64,000 bases of DNA from the NCBI GenBank assembly GCA_964187785.1, contig OZ076409.1:48486001-48550000 (forward strand), written 5' to 3'. Shown piece after piece: positions 35,584 to 49,150 of this stretch (position 1 is its first letter; every line of letters starts with the position of its first letter). This DNA comes from Amphiscolops sp. MND2022. Its lineage: Eukaryota. Position numbers and translations under genes: made by a program. Under the pieces are notes generated by a model. The model was not told the origin of the DNA. It saw nothing but the letters and a program-made list of their open reading frames with translations, and did no database searches.

Positions 35584-38439
35584 ATAATTCTTCCCCAGAT
35601 TTCAACGACAAAAATTTAGGTTCGTAGCATGTCGGCTTGTGAAGAAACAGAAATTCTTCAAAAAAATGGGCAAAATCAAAAAATGCCAAAATACTCAAAA
35701 TTTCACTGCAACTTTTGATATTTTCGTCCAAGTTTTGTACAACTTTTGAATGTTTTCACAGTGTATAATATTCACGGAGCCCAGCAACAACATTTAACTC
35801 ATTTGCACATTTATAGAATGAAGCAATCTGAAAAATTGTTGTTGCTATGATAATTCACGAAAGATAACTTGGTGCTCAACGGGTGTCTTGTGCTTTTTCT
35901 TGGATAAAAGCCACCTATAACAAGGGCACATTAGATTGAATGAAGAATGATTTTCTTACAGTTTTTCGATGTGAGTTTCAAGGTCTACCTTACTTTGGAA
36001 CAACAAGTCTTTAGACCACTCAATTTTCAGCCATTCCTAGTTACATTGTTCCATTGATATTTTGTTTGATTTGTCTTTTGATTTGTCCGAGGAGAGAAGA
36101 TTTCCAAAAAGAGCCTCGAAAATGGTGACTGATTTAATAGCCAGCGAGTTATGGAGAATGAACTTTGTAAAGAACTTGAGCTCCATGATTTGATTGGTGC
36201 TAATCAAAAGTTAACTTTTTGATAAATTGTGTCTAACTTCAGCATGTGACGTGTAATTCCAGGTGGATTTCAAGTCCATTTTAATGTTTTCATTTCCTCT
36301 GGCAATGATAGATCGTGATAAAATGAGTCGGGTCCGTTGACTTTTCATTATCAGGATCCTATTTTCACAAGCAGATGTTTGTAGAGACTGTAATCAATTT
36401 CTAGTTTTGCGGATTTAGTAAGGTTAGTGACAGTTTTCTCTGCTTCTATTTGGAGTAGATTTTGGAGCAGGTCTAAACAACCAGATTTTTCACAGCGATC
36501 TTCTTTCGGAGAAAACTCTCCAGATGGCACAGCGAATTGGCAAATAGTTGCAAAGTTACTGGCAAAATCAAATTGGAAAACTTTTTAAAAGTGCGATGCT
36601 ATGAAAACAGGGGTAATACGAGAGTATCTTTGTATTTCAAACATTGATATGAGAAAACAGTTCAAGAAAAATCAAACCACGAATACTGAAAATCTTTTCT
36701 TTCCTCGTAACTGTTTTTTTATGAAGCAGCCATTTTAGAAAGACACGGAAAGTTAAGTCCTATTTGTGCAGATTGTCAGATCTCAAAATTTAATCTTTAC
36801 ATCTATAACAGTCATTTCGAAAACTCAATTTTGACTTTTTCGCAAGAAGCTGGCGAATTTGAAAGTGTTCAATCATACGTAGCTTGCGACACTTCAGCCA
36901 CTTTCGCTCCGAAAAATCGAAAGGAACATCATTAGAACTACGCCTCGGAAACATTGTGCATACAATAACGTTTCATTCTTTTTTAAAATTGATTCCAAAA
37001 AGGAAATCAATCAATTTTTTCGAAGAATTGATTCATCGAATTCAATTGATTCCATCGATTGCTATACATCTACTTGATGCATCATAGCAGATATGATCCT
37101 GCGTTGTATCATACGTCAAAGCAAAAAATTACTATTAGCTTGTCCCGACAGTCTAGATCATATCACCGATACCCGCTCATTGGCCCTATTTGCCTCTTTC
37201 GAGAATATTCCCAGTGTTTTAAATTTTCGAATCGAAAAATGATGTAATCATTTCAAATTTTAGATACAAATCCACAGTAGAGAGATACACTAAACACTGT
37301 TTCGACGTACCAGAATGTCCTCGAAATGCAAAAAAGGCACAATTTGGCAGCGCATGACAGAGACCGCTCTGTCAGCCTCTGTCAGCAGCGTTACAGAATA
37401 TAGACCCCAGTCGAGACTGCTGGAATCCTAGATTTTTACTGAATCATTTTAGATATTACGCTAATTCTGTTAAAAACTTAACCAAGATGCCCGCTGACCA
37501 GGTTCTAATACTACATGATTTTGAGGCTCGAAAGAAGCCAATGCACTTTGAAAACGCACAGAAGTTTGAAGGAATGAAAGTTTCGAAACTTTTTCATGCA
37601 TCTTATCCCATTTTTGAAGGAAACACCTGATTTAAGAAGACGCTAAAAGCCAAATTGTTTTGCTGTTGAACTAACTGAATACCAGTACCTAACCTACCAA
37701 GTTTCTCTATGTTTATATACACAAAAAGTCACTAAAATTACAAAAAGTGACTACCTCCCATTTTTTTCCCGAGTAGAGTTTTGAATAGCCTAATGTTTAA
37801 TGTTCAGGTCAGCGAAAGTTCTGTTGTTCACAAAATTTGGCGACTTGAACAAAAAGTAGCACCAAGTTCTCGAGAAACGAGTTTTTTGTGAGTTTTTGCT
37901 TTTCAGGGTGTTTTGAGGCCGATGGTTTGAAGAAAATGTATTTTTACATTCACAAACGACAACTCTTGGATACGGGGTTTAGTCGTTGTTGAGTCTTTTA
38001 TGTATTGTGAGCCACGAAATTTCTCGAAAAGTTTTCAAAAACGCAGGGAGGAATTTTTTTCAATGTTTTGACTAGGTTTGAGGTTCATTTTTCTTCCAAA
38101 AAGTTTTTAAAACGTCTCTTTTGAACGCGTGCTGTGGATCTAGTCGTATTGTCTGGAGTTTTTTGAACCTTTTGACTCGCCAGCTTTTCTAATTAGGTTT
38201 TTAAAATTACTGAAATTATCCAAACTGGACAACTTGTATCTTTTCAACTAATTGGGGTCATTTTGAGGTATTTTTGCTTCAAGAAACTGCCTTTTTTAAA
38301 GAGCCTACTTGACACCCCGTTGGTTTGTCGTCTTTAGTTGGTGTTGTTGAAGAAAAAGCACAACTCTTACAGTTGTTTCTTCTCGTCAACTCAATGCGAT
38401 CGGTCCATTTTCTTAGTTGAGAGGTTAACCCGCATGTTA

Positions 38440-38600
38440 GTTCGGATATAACGTTTTGAAATTCGGATGTAACGGTTTCAACATTCGGATATAACGTTTT
38501 AAAAATTCGGACATAACGTTTTGAAGTTCGGCTTGAACGTTCTCAAAGTTCGGATGTAACGTTTTCAAAGTTCGGACATGACGTTTCAAAGTTCGGATTT
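38440..38600. repeat. 21-bp minisatellite (TTCGGATATAACGTTTTGAAA) inside a HINE-like element extending to ~38890
   Basis: About 8 units. The reverse complement occurs at ~27000-27140 and ~56270-56295. A family-type 3' end GATATGATGCCGACTT is at ~38852. Confidence 0.85.
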
Positions 38601-41600
38601 CAAAAATATCACAAAAGTTCGGCATTGTGAGTCTTTTTCCAATAAATTTCTTCAAAGAATAAGATATTTTCCAATAAATTTCTTCAAATTCCATAAGATG
38701 TCTTCAAAGGGTCCCGCTTCAATTTTGTTTGTATTTTGCAATTAAATTGATGTTAAAAAATCCGGTAGGGCCCGCCAAAGTTTGGGTTTTTTGGAAACTG
38801 TAGCAGAAAATACTTGACACTTTGAAGTCCTTCTGTTTTTTTTGAGCCATAGATATGATGCCGACTTGAGCTTTTCTCTGGCCTGTTTTTATTCTAAGGC
38901 AGTAAACTTCTCGAAAATTTTACAAAGTTTGCAAAGTAAAAGTGATCAGTCCGTGGCATTGTTCTTCCAAGAAAACTTTCAATTTTCCAATGAAAAGCGT
39001 TCTGCCTGGCTAGATTCTTTGTTCTGAGCTTAAATAACAGTTTAATTTACGAAATGTTTTCCAAAATTGCGCAAACAATTCATGAAAGTGTCAAATTGAT
39101 ATCTCTTCAAGGAGCCCACTTGAGAATAATATAAATCGTTCCTAAACATTTTCAACTTTCTTCGAGAAGTTTCAAAAAAATCACGAAAATTACAAAAAAA
39201 AACAAATTCTTCGTGTTTTCGTTTGATATGGAGTCCTTCTGTTTTTGATGCAAAACACTGCAACTTTCTCATCAAAAAAGTGCACCGCATAGTTAGTTCT
39301 TTCGTCTTGGATTTTTTTTAAACCTGTATTCCATGAATACCCTCGTAATTTGTACACAAGGTCTATGAAAAATAACCAAAATTTGAAAATGTTGGATTTT
39401 GTTTCGTTTTGAGGCATTTTTATTCAAGAAACTGCATTTATTTCTTCATAAAACCCTCATTTTTTACTTGCTGAACGTTTCCACAGTTCAATCCACGATA
39501 TTTATCGAAGATTTGATAAAAATGCATTAAATTCTGTCCTTGTCGAACATTTTCAACATTCTAAGCAACCCTCGCTGTCTAAAATTAGACGAAAATTGCC
39601 CAAAACCGTTGAAAAAAGGGAAATTGAGCCTTTTTTTGTCATATTTGGGACCATTTTTGGGTCAATCCGGGGTCTTTGGGGTCAACAAAAAAGTCCAAAA
39701 ATCTCTACAAATACATATCTCGAACACGAATACAAATCTCTACAAATACAAATACATATTATACTAAATTTACGTCAGTTGAATTCTTTGAGTGAAACCT
39801 TTTAACTTTTTAGGCTTGGAACATGGCAATTTTGGTAATTTGGTAATTCAACAGGCGGTTGATTTAAGTATTTTCCTTTCCAATATTAAAAAAGCGCGGA
39901 TAATAATATACGTTTTCGAAACAAAAATCGCTCGACGACGAAAAAATTTAATGGTCTCGTTGAACTTTTTTATTCATTTCAAATGTAAACTAACCAAAAG
40001 TGCAATTTTAAACAACCTTGGATGTTTGTTAAAACTTAAAGCAACTTTGTGGGCTTCGAATCCATGTATTTCTATTTCCCAGGCTACGCCGAGCAAAACA
40101 CTTGCAGTAGCCACTCATCATCATCTTCGTGTCCATTCAAATGTCACAAGTCAGTGTCAATTGAGAGTCAGTGTCAGTCTTAAGAGTTGACTGCCATTTT
40201 TCTGCTAGTCGCACGTCTTCAGTAGTAGCTTGGAACAGGTGGAATGTAAAGTACTTTCCATTGTTGCCATCTAACAGCTTCACACACGAACTGTAGGGAA
40301 AAACTGCAAGCAACGAAAAATTCTCGCTAGATTTCAGATTACTTGTTTCATCAAGAATTATCAAAATTGATCAGAATTCAGAAGAGTTTTCCTAATAACG
40401 TCTAATAACGTTTTCATGCTACTTTATGTCAGCATTTCATTGGCACAAAATTATTAGTTACCTTTCCTGTTAAAAAGTTACCTCTTGAAAAATATAAAGA
40501 TTCATATAAGCTATCAAAGCTTATATCGTTTGTATGACTCGACATTCATGTTCCAAGGCATTTTGCGGTCTTTGAGAAACCCTTCGTCGAAATCAATTAT
40601 TAGCGATCTACGGGTATGTGAATATAGCTGATTGCATTATCGTAATTAGTTCGACGCTGTGCAGCACGGCAATTCAACGGATTGAGTTCTTCTCTGTTTC
40701 AACTTGCAGCCAGTCAAAACAGTTGAATAAATTTTATCAGCGCGAAAGATATCTTGAAGGATATGTATTTTCGGCGCGATGGGCATCAACCCGTTACAGT
40801 TGAGGGACACTTTTGCTGGTTTTGAAACTGTTTAGTAGGTCTTGTCTTTTTTTGTTGATCAAACCGTAATTTATTAATGAAACCGTAATAAGACAACAAG
40901 GCCCAATCGAACGGCCGTTTCATGCTCCAAAACAGCAAAGACATTTGAATATGCCAAGGAAAATTGTTCAAACAATTATTTTGAAAACTTTAACGGTTTT
41001 CAGTTGCAAATATCGGTTATGTATTTGGGATATAATGGATTGAATGAAACATGGTTGTTTCGCAACAATGTGTAAGTTCTAAGAAATAGCTTCATTGGGG
41101 TTATCGAATGACATTTAAAACCGGCTGGTTGACTTCATAGCATAACTAAATTGTGAGTTTATCTTGAAGTCTCTCGTTGCATTGATCCAATCTATCACAA
41201 AAAATTAGTAATACCACTGTGGTTGTTTGATAATTCTCACCATTCATGAGTAATAATGACATTGAACGGAGATTTTCAAGACCCATCCCGTCAACAATTT
41301 GGTTCTCACCCTGAAGGTCTGCATGATTTCCTGGGTTTCCTAGCTTTTGATTTCTTACTAAAAACGACGGCTCATTTTTGCAATTTTCGGTCAATACGAT
41401 TTAACAGAGCTCTTATGATTATGCCAGTTTTTTAAAAATATATTTGAAAACGCAAGCATTTGTATTAAAATTCAGGCGTTTGCTATTGAAAAAAAACGGC
41501 CCTGGTTTTCTTCATTTTCCAATACTTATCACAATTACTCTGAGAAATTGGAGCCTCTCCAAGGCTTACCAAGTGAGTTTTCCGGGCGCATCCATGGTAA

Positions 41601-41624
41601 ATATTTAGGAGGCTGTTCGTATAA

Positions 41625-41850
41625 CCGGATGTAACGTCCAGCAGCCTTGTCATCGAAGACCTGCCAGAATTTTACCAAAATTTCGAAGTACCGCCCAAAA
41701 TAAGAATGGCCGACCTGGTAGGTACTTGAAATCATACAGGAAGACAAAAAAGGAGGGACCCCGCCAGCAGCGGCCAGAAAAAAAACGAAATACAATTTGT
41801 GGAAACTCTGAGGAGCCCGAGAGTGACGACAGCGACGGGAAGAAACGCCC
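41625..41850 (+). repeat. Dispersed repeat, three copies (also 42627-42757 and ~46130-46350)
   Basis: Shared GTACTTGAAATCATACAGGAAGACAAAAAA...GAGGGAC...GTGGAAACT...GAG sequence. Confidence 0.8.
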
Positions 41851-44800
41851 AGAAACGACAAAATCACCAAGTTACGCCAGAATACCCAGAAACTGCAGTG
41901 TGTGCTTCTTCCGGTATGCAGCATCACGTAAGTCAAAGTCTCGGTGAAGTTTGGATTCCATGTTCTATGGCAATAATTTCCTCAACGTTTCATCATTATT
42001 TCAGATATTTGGAAATGTATGATCTAGTATATCCCTGTCTTAGATCTTACTCCGATAATACAAGGTACTTTAGCCGAACACCGCTTTTGGACCTCGGAGG
42101 TATAAAGGAAGTCGCAGTAACCCCAGAAACTGTTTTCACAGGCTCATGGGCGTGTCTGGTCTTTGAGAGTGCCAGCACGTCGCCTGGGAGCTCTATAATG
42201 ATGAGCCTCCTTGATGTATGAAAAGTACCCCCAGGAGACCTTCTTTTTGAGAAAAAACTAATGTTAGGATTGTGGTAAGACAATGGTCTTCTGTCTAAGC
42301 AACCTAGGCGCTGTCTCAGTTCTAGGATGTACCGTGCTAGCTTGACGTTACATCTAGAATAGTTTAATGGCAACCACAGAAGGACATTTTTCTTTTTCCG
42401 TCGCACTTAGAGTTTTTCCTGCTTTCCGCCCATGTAAGGTCCGGATCTAGGAAATACTTAGAAGAGGATCCCAGATTGTTTCTATTGTTTTTCTCGAGCC
42501 TATCAGGCTTCCGTCAAAAAGAATACCTGCGTTTTCGGCTTGCTTCCAAGGACTGGCAAGAGAAATTGAGGTTTATTAGCAAAGTAGCCTATTGGATGGT
42601 ATTTTATTTGTGAGAAATAAGAGTGACCGACCTGGTAGGTACTTGAAATCATACAGGAAGACAAAAAAGCATCAAAGGAGGGACACCGCAGGCAGCGTCC
42701 AGAAACAAAAAACGAAATACATCTTGTGGAAACTATGCGGAGCCCGAGAGTGACGATTTAGTTTAAAAAAGTTCTGAAGCATTGTTCCAGATAATTGTTA
42801 ATGTACTGGAACTTTCAGGACGTTTGGTAAAACTTCCGCTGTTTTGGACGAGTTTGTGAGCAGGGTGCAGACACTACCGCGTTTTACCCATCTGACTGGC
42901 TACGACACCCCCGGAATCGACTTGGTTATTTTGTCCCCTTTGTATATAGCAGCCCCTAAGGCGTTTTCCTAGGCGTACCCCCAATGAAACGCACTGAGAA
43001 AAATACCCAATAGGTATTCTGAGTGTTTGGTAAAAAACTGGTGTGGAATAGCTATAACACCCTATTTATACCACTTACTGATATTATTACTTTTGAAAAC
43101 CTAAAACTTTCTGAGGAGGGTACGGCCAATGGGAATACAATTAAATCCTTCCGTTAGACCAAGAATTCAGGATTAGAAAAGTTTGTTAGGCTAAACTGCG
43201 AAAATAGCGACACAATTCAGCGATTTTGTTAACAAATCGTCAAATTTGGTCTTTTAGACCAATTTTGATGACAGTTAAGTCTTGGGCGTTTACTTCCAGA
43301 CTTCATTCAAATTTTTTTTCGTGCTGGGTATTACGAGACCCTATTGCCAAGACAGTTTTTAGCCTCCCCAAAAAAAATTGAAAGAGTTATCACCTGACTT
43401 CTTTTCAACTCTTTTCAACTACATAAACCTGAGTAGAGGACACCATAAACCTGAATGATACAAAACACACTTGTTACTATTTCGCACATTTCGCTACGTA
43501 ACTGGTGGAGCATCCCAGAATGTCTGAAAATTTAGAAACAAAAATTTCTTGGTAAAAATAAGTAATACTCGTACACAGTTCCCACAGTGTAAATGGGGCA
43601 AAACGAATTTTTTTGAGAAACTTCATTTGGATCCTCCTTGCTTTGTTTTACTTGCCTTGTTTCTGTTTCTAAAGAATAAAATGATGCTAACGTAGAAAAC
43701 CGCTAGTGATTTCAAACGGTTGTCGCCGAGAACTAGCGAAAAACGTGTTATTTTCGAGACATGTTAAGAACCCGGGACACTATCGTGTAGACCGTCAAAC
43801 GTTACTTTGGTGATGTAGTTTTCGTTGCGCTAGCGTTACTGGTTACTGATAAAACTAAGCTGCTATCTTGCTCAGAAATTGTGTGAAATTGATGCAAAAA
43901 TCGAATTCTACTTGAGCATAGTGTGATCTCTCCGAGATATCCCAGCACCATCTTTGTTGCAATTTCGAATCTCTTTTTGTCCCCTCTTCAGCAGGCTGCT
44001 ACAACCCAACTCAGAGAAGTTGAAGTTTTTGTGGAAATAGACCACAAAAATTGGTATTCCGGACTCTCCGCTATTTTGTTTTTCTGTTGCGCGGGCATAA
44101 TTAACCCTCGCATACAAAACTTCAGGTAGCTAGAAAGCTTAGAAGGCTAGTTTGACCAAAAAGTGTAATTTTCTCAACATAGTCAATTTCTCAAACAACA
44201 TTGTTCTGCCAGCGTATTTCACGTATAGCCATGTTTAGCGCAATCAGTGGTCAATTCCCCACGATTCAGCAAGAGAAGTAAACGGTGTGAAATTTTGACT
44301 CATAGCAGCGTTAGAATGGATTTTCGCTGTTCTCCGACGTGTGGTTTGACTGAAAAACAGATTCCGGCAAATTTTGCTTAGAAATTGAACAAACTTTGTT
44401 GTCATAACCGCGGGTGTGTGCGGCAACGACCTGGTTTTTTCGGTAGACACTCGTGTTACAATTTGCTGAAGCAGCAATTTGACCATATCAATATCTTTGG
44501 TCTATTGAAAAACGGTCTACGAGACTTATTAGTGAAAAACGCAAAAATTGCACTTTTAACGGTCATCAAGGTCACATCAGTGCAAAGTATTCATTGAGAT
44601 CACGCATGTTCAATGTTTATTGTGCTGTGTGAGTGCTAGTACGCATTTATTGACACTTCTTAAGGTTTATACTTCGTTGCAGTGCGTCTCAAAACAACAC
44701 CCAGTACAGTAACAACAATCTTTACGAAGAAAGACGCTTTACCTGATTGTAATACGATCGTACCTGTGAAAATTACCTAAAATCCAGAGTCACCCGTCCT

Positions 44801-47607
44801 ACTCACCCCAAAATCTACCCCTAATTCAAAAATCACCCGGATACCTTTGCTTGCGCTTTCCAAAAAGAGGGCAGTACATGTCATCCAATACGATAAGGAC
44901 GCGTAATGTGGTGATCACTTTCCCCATCACCGTAAACTTTATTGAAAGCCCCAGAACTTGTTTGTTTAGACTAACTACATAGCCTTAGCCTGTGGCTTGA
45001 TATAATGTAGAACAGAGCGTAGTGTACATTAGAAGCTTTTTAAGTCAGCATCGTATGTCAATTTCTCATTGTTACGTGGGAAGAAGTGAATGAGATAGTA
45101 GTCAAGTCAAAAACAAAAGATCACGAGCTTTCGAAAAATTTCATTGTGAAATTGCCGGACAATAGTTTAGCACAGGGAGTACCTGTACCGTCCCGAGAGA
45201 AATCAACACTGAATATGACAAAACACCTCTGAAAACTGAAGCTCTGAAAACTGCTTGGTCAACGGCCGTGTTTTTGAAATTCGATTGATTGCTCTGGAAC
45301 TGTTTTTCAATGCCGAACAATGTTTTCATGATCTACTCCATTGCCTGATTTTTAGCTTCTGTTTGTGCCTCATCTTGATCCATTTTATCACTGGAGAAAA
45401 ATGCAATTTACTGTCTTATCTTATCTACACACTGGTGCTTTGTTCTTCCATATCAGCTAGGTATATATCGTGTCAAGAAGGTTTGCCGTTTTTCGTCATT
45501 TCTTGCTCTGCTAGTTCTGTAGGATCTTCAAACAACTGAGTGCAAATGTGAGAAACTTTCGGAATGATGTTGTAAAGAACGCAGTGACAAAAACGGATCC
45601 TAATCACACACCAGTTGGACACAAGTTTGAACTGATCCTGTACTTCCATTACAGATGACCATTGGTGCTATCTATAGTGTATCTACAGTGCAGTTTCTGT
45701 TTGCCATGCAGTACCACACTTGTTTAAGATCATTGCAGGTTTTTACGCCCTTCAAGTTTTTTGTGCATTTTATAGAATCGTACGTATCAACTGGGCCCAA
45801 ATTGGAGGCAAACCCATTGTTGTGAATACATTTTATACAGATGCCGTATTCAAAAGTGCTAGAAATTTTTGTGCGAGATCAAAAATGTGAAAACATTTTC
45901 AAAACGATGCAAAGTGTCCAAACTTGCTAATGCTTTCTCCGTGTTACAAGCCATTGTTGATGCAGAATCAAGATGAGCCTATTGAGAATCTAAAAGACTC
46001 ATTTTCTTTTTGATCAGCAGCTTTCATTTGGATTCCTGAAGTGCAATGCTGCAAATAATATCACTGGATGATGACATCCAAGACCTGAACGTCTACTCTC
46101 GTTTACCGAGGACGACAAACAACGGCCAAGGAGGATGTAACGTCCAGCGGCCTTGTCACAGAAGACCTGCCAGGAGTTTACCAAAGTTTCGAAGTACCGC
46201 ACAAAAAAATGGCAGACATGACAAGTACTTGAAATCATACAGGAAGACAAAAAACAACAAATGAGGGACCCCGCCACTAGCGTCCAGAAAAAAATCTAAA
46301 TACAGCCTGTGGAAACTCTGAGGAACCTGAAAATGACGACAGAAACAGGAAAAGCATCTGCACTAATTTGTTCCTTTATCCTGCTGGTTTCATTTATTGG
46401 CTTGAAAAATTAGTTCGTCGGGCTCACAAAGCGTCAAAACGTGCTCAAATTGCAGCACCGCCCTTAAATCTAAAGTGCCAATATTGATTATAGCGACGAG
46501 TTTTTTTTACAGATTCACTACTCGCATTCTTGAAAAACAATCAAATGTGCTGAGCGCAATTAAAAAAAGCAACTGTCCTGCGGAATGTACAATGTTGTGT
46601 TTTGTGTTTTTCGCTCAAAAAGTATCCATTTTAAAACCCGTCTCATTCCCTTCCATGTAAATATATTCACTTTCTCGTTCATAAATTATTTTATTTTAAG
46701 GTCTTTGTTCTGGTTCTGTCAGCTATTCGCTTTCAGTCGGCGTTTTTTACCACTTTTTGATATGATAGGATCACACTGAACGGTCCAGTTCTTTCTATAC
46801 TACTTTGGTTGTCCCTGTTTGATTGTTCGAGTATTTTAGACTTTTCGTTCCTTCCGTTCTCTTGATTTTTTTCGCCGTTGTAATTTCAAAGTATTTCATG
46901 TTCCATAAAGTCTCCCCGGAAAAATTATCACATAGACATTCACTAAAAACAAAAACTACAAAAACACATTAAGTTGCTCCTCAAATTCAGTTGAGATTAT
47001 GAAAAGATTTTATTTTGGAACTAAATTTTGAAATACTTGCGAGTTATGCCGTAAAATTTTGCCCTAGAAAGGAAATGACCAGAAAGTTTCCCGGATATTT
47101 ATTATACTGTTTGTTTACAGTCCAACTTTTCTCGAGGTTTGACGGCAGCCAATTGGTGCCAAAGGTCGCGAAAGGGATAGTTATTCACAAGACTATTGTC
47201 ACTCTTCCGCTACATTCACTTGGAGTTCAATTTTGTGATAACAGCTCATTAGACAATAAAATTCTTGAAATTTGTGGAGAAACTAAATTTTTATCCTCAG
47301 TGTCTGTTTCAAAGTTTTCAATTCGGAAGTTCACAAATTGTTGTAGCTGCGACTCAAGTTGACCACTTATAAAATTTATTAGATAATTGGGTTCCACTTG
47401 AAATGCAAGAAGTTTTACATACCTTTGAAAATTACTTCTTCAGCAATTGCTAAAGCGCGTCCTATCAAAGTTGAAAATAGTGTCAACGTTGAAAGCCTTC
47501 GCATATTTGTGACTGTCTTCCTCGATTTTTTTACGGTTATATACCTAGTGAAGAAATCAAGTGAACACGCAAAATTAGTTTCTCAATATGAAGGAAAAAC
47601 GTCCGAG

Positions 47608-47960
47608 AACTAGTATCAGCTGTCCCATTTCGGAATGTAAGTTACGCTATTAATAGTTTCCGTTTTACAGAAAAAATGTAACCTTTCCAGCAGTTTTTTC
47701 TACACAATTCAGCACAAAAAAATTCGCGACATGTAAACTGATTATTTCAAATGAGAGAGTACTCGTATTTCATGACGTCTCCCAAATTTGAAAGAAAACA
47801 GCCAAAGTTTTCATAGAAATTTAAAAAAATCTAGAGACAAAACTAGTATCAGCTGTCCCATTTCGGAATGCAAGTTACACAATGCATAGTTTTCCTTTTA
47901 CAAAAAAATGTAACTTTTCAGCAGTTTTTCATACAATTTTAGCAAAAAAATTCACGAGAG
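47608..47960. repeat. Imperfect direct repeat, ~120 bp, spacing ~233 bp
   Basis: AACTAGTATCAGCTGTCCCATTTCGGAATG at 47608 and 47841. Confidence 0.8.
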
Positions 47961-48711
47961 ACAAAACTAGAGAGACAATAGTTTCATACACCGTCTCGTG
48001 TACTCGCGTTTATCCGCTAATCCATTTCGAGGCATCGTATAAATTCCCAAGTGACGCCACTAAATGTTTTCCAAAACCTTGCACCAGGAAGGAAACTGAA
48101 TGAATCATTTATAATTGAATAAAATCTCCAGTCTTACATTTTTTTCCGCTCTCTATCTTGCATAGTAGCCAAGCTTCCTACAACTTTGTTTCTGTTCCAA
48201 CAGAATTGTCTTGAGTTGTATTCTCGATGAGAGTATTGCCAGTCCAATGAGAAGACAAAGATCAAAGAAAACTGCAAAATAATGCGGGCATTCTTTCGGT
48301 TGCTCTTAAAATTCTTTCATCTATCTTTTTGTTGTTTCTTTCGAAACATGAGTCCTCGTTTCAAACTTCACACTCAGTTATGAGGTAGAATTGAAAAACT
48401 GCAAATATTGTAAAAAGAGATAACAAGGTTAGACTCGATCGTATTTTGACTGAACTTTGATATTTTTTTTTGCAAACTTGCTTTACTGCGCATTATTATG
48501 AATGAAAACAAACAAAAAACAAAGCGAAGACCCCTCAAGTGGTGCGGCAAAAAACTGCATTGCCGAAAAAACCAAAGGGTGGGGGAGTGTTGGTGGAGGG
48601 TTAAGGCACCCCTTCGGTCGCGTCAATATTTTCAAACAGTTTTGAAATTGAAAGAAAAGGTGGAAACCTTGTGTTTCACCCAGGTGAGGTTTAGATGCGA
48701 GGCCAACTCAC

Positions 48712-49150
48712 AAACAAGCCGGGAACGGCCCAAGTCGACACCATATCTAAGGCTCAAAAATTGCAAAAGGACTTCAAAGTGTCAAAGTATTCTCTTCTAC
48801 AATACCCGAAAAAGCCAAGGGTTGGACAGAATTGGCGCGCCAGGGGATACGCTTTGAGATTTTTCATCAATTTTGTCGTAAATCATCAAAACAATTGAAG
48901 GGGACACTTGAGTGAAAAAAAATTTTAAAAAATGTCTCACAATGCCGAAAAAAATTGAAGGCGGACCCTTTGGGGTTTTTTTCGAAAAAAAGTCTTACAA
49001 TGCCGAAAAAACTGAAAGGGGGGAGAGGTGAAGTCTCTAGACTCGCCCGGAAAAACCTTTTTGGTTCAGTTCCCTGGGCCAACAGGTACAATTTGGCGCC
49101 CTAAAATTTTGTAGAACTTTTGGTAGAACTATTTTGGTCACTTCTACTGG
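48712..49150 (-). mobile_element. HINE-like element, 3' part
   Basis: AAACAAGCCGGGAACGGCCCAAGTCGACACCATATCT terminus and CACAATGCCGAAAAAA repeats. Confidence 0.65.

Noticed and set aside
35800..36560. Possible piggyBac-like transposase relic on the minus strand
   Set aside because: Only vague resemblance, many stops, and no paired TTAA/TIR ends found.
45141..45800. Possible hAT/BED-finger relic on the minus strand
   Set aside because: Motifs too degenerate; no TIR or TSD identified.
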